Assembly (NCBI GenBank): GCA_016203135.1
Contig: JACQNI010000006.1
Span: 1 to 43,937 of the forward strand
Reading direction: 5' to 3'
Source: Candidatus Woesearchaeota archaeon
GTDB taxonomy: Archaea; Nanobdellota; Nanobdellia; SCGC-AAA011-G17; JACPNG01
DNA: 43,937 nt
The notes under the pieces: model-generated
Told to the model about the DNA's origin: nothing
The model's database searches: none
Seen by the model: only the letters and a program-made list of their open reading frames with translations
Translations under genes and position numbers: made by a program
In this document: positions 38,901-43,937 of the stretch, piece by piece
How positions within the stretch are numbered: position 1 is the stretch's first letter
Layout of the letters: each line of letters opens with the position of its first letter

Positions 38901-41288
38901 ATTACAGGTTGGGTTTGGTGTACATGTACTAAAATCAAAATTACTACAATCAGCTTTGCATTTTAAATTTCCTCCTGTAAATCCAGTAAAAGTAGTACAT
39001 TGTTTATTATCTAAGTCAGCTCTATCACATATTTCATTACCTTCTTTTATATTATTGCCACATGTTGATGGAGGTAATATTGTAGTCCCTTGACAAATTA
39101 CAGAGTAAACTCCAGGTTCAGTAACTGTTGCTTCTGCTTTTCCACTAACAATATTTGTTTGTAAAATTTGCCATGAAAAGCATTGGCTTGAAGTATATCC
39201 ATATTTAACTAACTTAATTTTATCTGTCTGGCAATTTGCTGAGTTATCATAACTTAAACTTAATTTTGTATTGCAGTTTCCAACATAATAAGACAATCCC
39301 GCTATGAGGTTATTACAATCTTCTTTATCAACTCCAAGAGGATTAGTTTCACAATTTCCTTTTGTTATAGTTGGTATAAATAATCTACATTCATTATTTA
39401 CTGCAAATCCAGTTATTTCTTTAACAGCTGCCCCAGTTGCAGGACATCCACTTGGTTGACCTGGATTTTGCTTGTTAAAACTAAAAGTAAATGTTTGTTG
39501 TTTTGTCCCCCTTGCTACATTAAGAACAACACTTTGGAAATCAGCAAGATTTTGAGATTTAAACGTAACAACATAAGTTAAATCCACAGAATGAGCAGAT
39601 GTAGAAGTTGTTAATGCATTGCTATTATCTGAAATTGTTATCTGTTCTTGGGATAATATCGGAGCCCCAATATCATTATATCCTATTGGCACTTGATTGA
39701 AAACAGCATCTGCCCTATAATTGCAATTTGTATCTGCTTGCACATTCAAAACAGTCCCTTGTGTAAGTTGAAGTATTTCATTAGAACCACTCGAAGTTCC
39801 GCCAGTCCCTGGATTAGGATTAATTGCTATAATGCCATCATTTGAAACACATTTATGCTGACCTAAATCATATATATCATTAGCCCCACAGCAATATCCA
39901 GCAATATATCTTCCATTGCAAGCATAAGTACATATAGCTTTTTTCCCATCAGCTACCTTGCAAGCACTTCCAGTCAAGCTACAACTTTGGCACCTATAAT
40001 TGCTACTGCAAGTGCTAGTGCAAGTTCCAACTAAATCTTGGCTTATAGTGCTACATTGACTTTGTTGTCCGCATCCTTTTTGTTGTGCTCCCCCAATTAC
40101 ATTCCCACCGCCACCAATTACTGGATCGCTTGCTGGTATGCATTCAACACAATTTCCAAGGCTGTTGCAATAGGGTGTTGCTCCAGAACATTGAACATCA
40201 TTCGTGCATTTTGTTTGTGGTGCACAATCACTATCCTGATTGTCTTTATTTCCATCGCAGTCATTATCCAAACTATCAGTACATCTTGTTTCTTTTTGCT
40301 CTGTTGGAATACATACTTGAGATTTTATACACTTCCCTTGTGAACAGGTTAATCCTTGGGAGCAGGTTAAAACTCCAGGGTCTGTTCTAGAACTACAACA
40401 ATCCTGGTTTTCATTTCCGCAAGTTGTAGAAGCTATGCAAAGATTATCTATGCAAGTTAATCCTTGATTGCAAGTTGCAGGTCCAAAAACAGATCTTGGT
40501 CTACAGCATTCTTGTCCAGAAGCACCACAAGTTAGTGTTGTTGTACTTATGCATTTTCCACTACTTGAATCCCATTTTTCTCCTTGTCCGCATATATAAA
40601 ATTTTCCGCATGAAATTGTTAGTAAATTACCAGATAAAGTCTCACCAACCTTCAACTTCGCGTTATATATTCCAGTGATATAAGCTGAAGGAATTATGTT
40701 TTGATTAAGTTCTGAAAAAGATCCAGAGCTATCTGTCCTAACTTTACTTTCAAATTTTGGTTCACCTTCAGAGTTTCCGTAAGAATTTATTAAAGTATAT
40801 TCTTTATTTGCAATACCTTTGCTTATATCAATTTTGATATTTGCCGGATCGCCAACATTTCTAACAGGAACCCCATCAGAATTAAGAGGACTCCCACCAC
40901 TAACCAAACAGCTTACAGAAGGAGGAACACAAGCGCCATTTTTACATTCAAACCCATTGGCACAATCCTGATCTGTAGATAAAGCGTCTGTATTTTCATT
41001 ATTGCAATAAAATTCATTAACAGTATCTCCATCAACACAGCCATCAATATATAAAACTTCAGATGTGCTGCCATCATCATAAACATATTCAACAGAAACT
41101 TCTCCCTTAACACCAATATTAAAACCATTGTCAGTCTCTGCTAAGCAGGTTGACTGAACTAATTTTGGACAAAATAATTCAAAACCAGAACCATCACACC
41201 AAAAAGGAGCAGCTTTTACATCACTTACAAAAATTATTCCAAATAGCAAAATAACAAATACAAAGATCAAACCATTTTTTTTAATCAT
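35934..41288 (-). CDS. Giant Cys-rich single-pass cell-surface protein (1784 aa)
   Basis: Signal peptide, CGN..E.GE.CD repeats, E.C.D.LDNDCDG..DEGC repeats, TSP3-like DSDNDGL...DTDNDG, TM IWTVVGILAALLLILVLAYYFAM, basic tail with two AGWN repeats. Confidence 0.92.
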   Translation of the reverse strand: MIKKNGLIFVFVILLFGIIFVSDVKAAPFWCDGSGFELFCPKLVQSTCLAETDNGFNIGVKGEVSVEYVYDDGSTSEVLYIDGCVDGDTVNEFYCNNENTDALSTDQDCANGFECKNGACVPPSVSCLVSGGSPLNSDGVPVRNVGDPANIKIDISKGIANKEYTLINSYGNSEGEPKFESKVRTDSSGSFSELNQNIIPSAYITGIYNAKLKVGETLSGNLLTISCGKFYICGQGEKWDSSSGKCISTTTLTCGASGQECCRPRSVFGPATCNQGLTCIDNLCIASTTCGNENQDCCSSRTDPGVLTCSQGLTCSQGKCIKSQVCIPTEQKETRCTDSLDNDCDGNKDNQDSDCAPQTKCTNDVQCSGATPYCNSLGNCVECIPASDPVIGGGGNVIGGAQQKGCGQQSQCSTISQDLVGTCTSTCSSNYRCQSCSLTGSACKVADGKKAICTYACNGRYIAGYCCGANDIYDLGQHKCVSNDGIIAINPNPGTGGTSSGSNEILQLTQGTVLNVQADTNCNYRADAVFNQVPIGYNDIGAPILSQEQITISDNSNALTTSTSAHSVDLTYVVTFKSQNLADFQSVVLNVARGTKQQTFTFSFNKQNPGQPSGCPATGAAVKEITGFAVNNECRLFIPTITKGNCETNPLGVDKEDCNNLIAGLSYYVGNCNTKLSLSYDNSANCQTDKIKLVKYGYTSSQCFSWQILQTNIVSGKAEATVTEPGVYSVICQGTTILPPSTCGNNIKEGNEICDRADLDNKQCTTFTGFTGGNLKCKADCSNFDFSTCTPNPTCNNNGVINPGEACDGTDLGGKTCAPEFDNYLGGQLKCNNCNFDFSSCTKPVCPNNVKEKGETCDGTDLDGKTCQSLAFKSGQLKCKADCLSYDSSQCEGGVITTPVCGNKIQETGESCDDVDLNNKKCTDFPGLTGGTLKCIPPSQTNKCNFDFSECLPKNDPSQCGNGNIDQGEICDGSKFAGSLTCTSLKADGDKLFDDFVSGTLTCVNCKSLDTTQCAECNQNDKIRCYPNEQQVPDAKECEYIRSCQTNSKYGQCIKADPSCTLGQQCTNGERQSCPKQLGVCQGSLEICTNSRWPGCDYTSIPKYGAEVCNDDLDNDCDGSINEGCNSCVKDQTKQCGSDVGICSYGLQSCINVNSQGIGEWGECKNSVNPGIEFCGDNLDNDCDGSSDEGCPQCTLNQIRTCGGTNACIQGMQQCVQSSIGAVWGECVGVKYPSLEVCDNQDNDCDNVVDEGCGPCVAGTTRSCGNSVGICNAGVQRCESNGLWGSTCIGVIGPTAEVCFDGLDNNCEGSADEGCPCAVRNNSTGIQVNLTTRLCVKQFGVCKGFNQTCINSLWGECKYNNIDDYESPEESCDDVLDNDCNNFVDLNDTSCQVTDDFECGDGTTFSECSDDKPFFCRSGVLEEKCSLCGCPAGKVCKTDGICISDTGAKVCGDGSCTLGETSSNCPSDCGISEGPGRDSDNDGLTDSEEVEAGTDPNNPDTDNDGTNDGDDSLPVCNENGNCDDFGNGYREDSTNCPSDCKESKGGSIWTVVGILAALLLILVLAYYFAMKKRKTKQENKKLFLGEKPDFNELNKKIASSFKNVENVLQKHSNINQLNDYVKISLERGRDKEEIRRASLDAGWNQDEIDESFKYAEKVVKRKQVLDRLYEYAKLNIQKGVSEEEIRNKLLAAGWNLKDIGNALNYSKSFKKVEIKTPEILFKTPEVKVEKEVKKLEAAKRKISEKKEVKKKKTTTNNKKITETIKVGNKKEQILKTKKKTKKSR

Positions 41289-41803
41289 ATAAACTCATGC
41301 TCCACAATTATTGGTTTTAAAACATCCCTATTCCCATCAACTACAACAACAGCTTCATAATAAACAACTACTTCAGCTCGTTTATAGGCATAAAAATCAA
41401 CAACATTTCCATTTTCATCAACATATCTATCTTGTTCTAGACTTCCATAAATTCTATAATCATCAACTTCTTCTACATTAGCATTAACACTAAATTCATT
41501 TGGAGCTTCAACATTTCTAAATTTTTCATTGACTTCCTCTTGGCATTGATTTATATTTTCATTCATATAGTCAACTAAAAAAACTTCAGCGTTTTGAACA
41601 TTTCCTTTAAATCCTTCATTTCCAACGCTATCTTCAACTAAATTTTTCACGCAATCTTCCATATAATCTTGTACATCTTCAGTTCTTGCAGATTGTAAAC
41701 CACCAAAACTAATCGGTTTGATTAAATAAACAAAAGCGATTATAACAACTAGAACTATTCCTAGAATAACAAATATAGATACCTGTCCCCTTTTGTTCAT
41801 CAT
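41285..41803 (-). CDS. Prepilin-like protein
   Basis: NKRG/QVSIFVILGIVLVVIIAF. Stop overlaps the start of the giant gene. Confidence 0.8.
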   Translation of the reverse strand: MMNKRGQVSIFVILGIVLVVIIAFVYLIKPISFGGLQSARTEDVQDYMEDCVKNLVEDSVGNEGFKGNVQNAEVFLVDYMNENINQCQEEVNEKFRNVEAPNEFSVNANVEEVDDYRIYGSLEQDRYVDENGNVVDFYAYKRAEVVVYYEAVVVVDGNRDVLKPIIVEHEFI

Positions 41804-41832
41804 CTAATTTTAATAATAAAAGATATATAAAC

Positions 41833-43937
41833 TTAACTAAACCATTTAACCAAATCCCTTTGAACTTCCTTCTCTTTGCCAAAAACGCTTTCTATTCTTT
41901 TTTTAGTCAATTCTAATGTTTGTTTCAAATATAATGGTAAATCATATTTTTCAGCTAGTTCAATGCTTGGTTCTAGGTATTTTACTATGCTTCCCTCAGA
42001 AACAGTAAAAATAATTCTGCCCTTGCACTTTACGCAGTTTCCCGTTAACGGCGGTCTTCTATATTTCATATTGCAATCAACACATCTAAAGCCCTGCATT
42101 CCAAATTTTCTTAGGTTTCCTTTTATATCTCTGATGAAATGTCTTTCTATTATCAGCCTTGCAACATCACTTTCATCTACTGCCCTTATCTTCTCAGCCA
42201 AGCCCATCTGCCCCCTTACCTTATCAATCATGGTTGGAATTGATTTATAAGCGCTGCATCTAACCCCCATATTTATGTCAGAAGTATTATGTGTAAACAT
42301 CAGTCCTTGATATTGCTCTGGTTTATTCAATGTTTCTTTATACACTTTTACTTTTACATCAAAAGGAGATCCGTAATTTAAGGCAGTTTCATAAAGTTCC
42401 AAAGGATATTTGCTTGCAATGTCCAGGTCATATATCATATCGTCTACCTCGCTAGGAATAAGTCTTGATGTCAAAACCAATGGTGCGTCTTGTGTAGTTC
42501 CCCTGTGGCTTGGCAAGTATTTTCTAGAAAAATTTAACAATCCATCCATTAATAATAAAACACAGGCTTCATCCCCGTCACATCTTGTATTTATTATTTG
42601 TTCGCCCCATAAGATATTTTTATCCTCTTGGCTTTTCCAATCTATTTCCACGCAATAAGAATTTCTCTTTTTTTTAATGATTTCAACTTTCTTAACATAA
42701 TCTGTAAAATAGTCGCTATTTGCCTGTAGAGGGATAAGCCTGTTATTAAATTTAATGTTTCTCTTGTCCATTTCTTTTAACGAATCAAGCTTTATGGATT
42801 TTATCCTGCTATTTAACCTAAGTATTCTTTTAAGGTTAGTGGCATCTATCCCATTAATGATTAAATGATTTAGAATATGTTTTTTAGGTTCTCTTCCCAA
42901 TAATTTATATATGTTCAATACTTTCCTTCCAGGCAATCTTGGTTTGGTGGTAAGGTATCTACAAAAAATCTCAAAGCGGTTTAACAATAAAGAAATGTCA
43001 TCAAGTAAAGACCTATTCACAGAATAAAAAGCAACAAAGTTTCTTTTTTTTGTAGAAATAATTGAACCATCTCCATCAAGGTAAGCCGAAATAAATTCTA
43101 TTATCAAATCTTTATCCAAGCCATATACAAAACTAGGAACTCTCTTTTCATAGGCATTTTTGCCAATTTTAAAGCAATCATTAAATAAGTGGTATAAGAG
43201 CTTGCTACATATTGTAATTTTAGAATTATCTTCTCCCAAATTTGTCTTAAGACTAAAAACTTTTTTGATGGTTGAAATTAAGTCATTTTGAAGGTCTTTT
43301 TCACACACCCTAAAACAAATTTGGCTTACTTGTTTGTTGCTTCTAGAATAACCTTCAGCAAGATAATAGCCAAGAATTCTCATTAAGCCTTTGTTTAAGT
43401 TCAAATTAACTGGAAATTCATGTTTGCTAAACATAAACCTCAGCTTGGTTCCATTTTCTAAATCCTCGATCTTAACCAAACCAAGATTAATTAATTTTTC
43501 TAGATGATAAATTGTTACATATTCGCTTAGTCTTTTGATATTAATTTGGGATCCAAAATTTTTTTTGATGCCTTCAAGATTATCTCTAAAAAGAGTGTAA
43601 AAAAAATGTTCTTGCCCTTTTATTAAGATCTTCTTTTTTGTTCTATCATCCAAATTCTCAATAAAAAGTTCTGCCAAATTCAAATTGTTTTTAAAATCGA
43701 AATCTAGGTTTAGCTTAGATAATGTGGCAACCCTATCACCAACTTTTGCCTCTTTTGCATTCTTAAATTTAAAGTTACCCCTCTCGTCTAAATACATAAA
43801 TTTATGTGTTTTTGTCATTAGGTATTCTCTATTCGAAGTAGTTATTATTTTTACCCATTCTTTATTAACTGGCCCTTTAATGAAGTACCTTATTTTCTTA
43901 AATATCAATTTCTTGCTATTGGGGGCTATCCCAAGGC
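41833..43937 (-). CDS. polC: DNA polymerase D large subunit DP2, 3' part (5'-truncated by the window)
   Basis: CDGDEA..LLLMDGLLNFS, DAPLVL, HFIRDIKGNLR, FRCVDC...YRRPPL...CVKC, TVSEGSIVKY, PIP box QRDLVKWF. Frame open to the window edge. Confidence 0.96.
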   Translation of the reverse strand, partial: LGIAPNSKKLIFKKIRYFIKGPVNKEWVKIITTSNREYLMTKTHKFMYLDERGNFKFKNAKEAKVGDRVATLSKLNLDFDFKNNLNLAELFIENLDDRTKKKILIKGQEHFFYTLFRDNLEGIKKNFGSQINIKRLSEYVTIYHLEKLINLGLVKIEDLENGTKLRFMFSKHEFPVNLNLNKGLMRILGYYLAEGYSRSNKQVSQICFRVCEKDLQNDLISTIKKVFSLKTNLGEDNSKITICSKLLYHLFNDCFKIGKNAYEKRVPSFVYGLDKDLIIEFISAYLDGDGSIISTKKRNFVAFYSVNRSLLDDISLLLNRFEIFCRYLTTKPRLPGRKVLNIYKLLGREPKKHILNHLIINGIDATNLKRILRLNSRIKSIKLDSLKEMDKRNIKFNNRLIPLQANSDYFTDYVKKVEIIKKKRNSYCVEIDWKSQEDKNILWGEQIINTRCDGDEACVLLLMDGLLNFSRKYLPSHRGTTQDAPLVLTSRLIPSEVDDMIYDLDIASKYPLELYETALNYGSPFDVKVKVYKETLNKPEQYQGLMFTHNTSDINMGVRCSAYKSIPTMIDKVRGQMGLAEKIRAVDESDVARLIIERHFIRDIKGNLRKFGMQGFRCVDCNMKYRRPPLTGNCVKCKGRIIFTVSEGSIVKYLEPSIELAEKYDLPLYLKQTLELTKKRIESVFGKEKEVQRDLVKWFS
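42583..43937 (-). mobile_element. LAGLIDADG intein in DP2 with an atypical C-terminus (N-terminus outside the window)
   Basis: Block B MTKTH, endonuclease motifs ILGYYLAEG and FISAYLDGDG, block F SYCVEI, junction GEQIINTR/CDGDE. Confidence 0.9.

Noticed and set aside
36700-39100. Tandem DNA repeats or a diversity-generating target in the giant gene
   Set aside because: The repeats are diverged protein-level units. No reverse transcriptase or adenine-specific TR/VR pair was seen.
1-43937. tRNA, rRNA or CRISPR arrays
   Set aside because: No cloverleaf, long GC-rich structured tract or regular repeat-spacer pattern was seen by eye.

Overview
AT-rich archaeal chromosome segment. Gene content and style point to a DPANN archaeon, probably Woesearchaeota-like (inference). 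Core genes: cdc6/orc1, oapABC (arvABC), sod, intein-containing rtcB plus archease, a type IV pilus locus with six prepilin-like genes, adk, traB, Hef split into separate helicase and ERCC4 nuclease genes, thpR, pan, tyrS, tctA-like, a 1784-aa Cys-rich surface protein, and the 3' part of intein-containing PolD DP2. Main leads: (1) a 1.27-kb element (22826-24097) carrying only a compact tnpB with a Fanzor-like rearranged RuvC, bounded by 27-bp inverted repeats, three subterminal 9-mers per end and TA flanks, which is not IS200/IS605 architecture; (2) a DP2 intein whose C-terminal junction reads IINTR/CDGDE instead of HN/C or HQ/C; (3) a degenerate diadenylate-cyclase-like gene, MgtC and a tandem Lrp lying between the two Hef halves; (4) unannotated SD-led micro-ORFs downstream of cdc6; (5) RtcB with a hydrophobic C-terminal tail; (6) PHPT1/Janus-like and JAMM-like orphan genes. 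No tRNA, rRNA or CRISPR array was seen. All family calls are motif recognition by eye; no searches were run.
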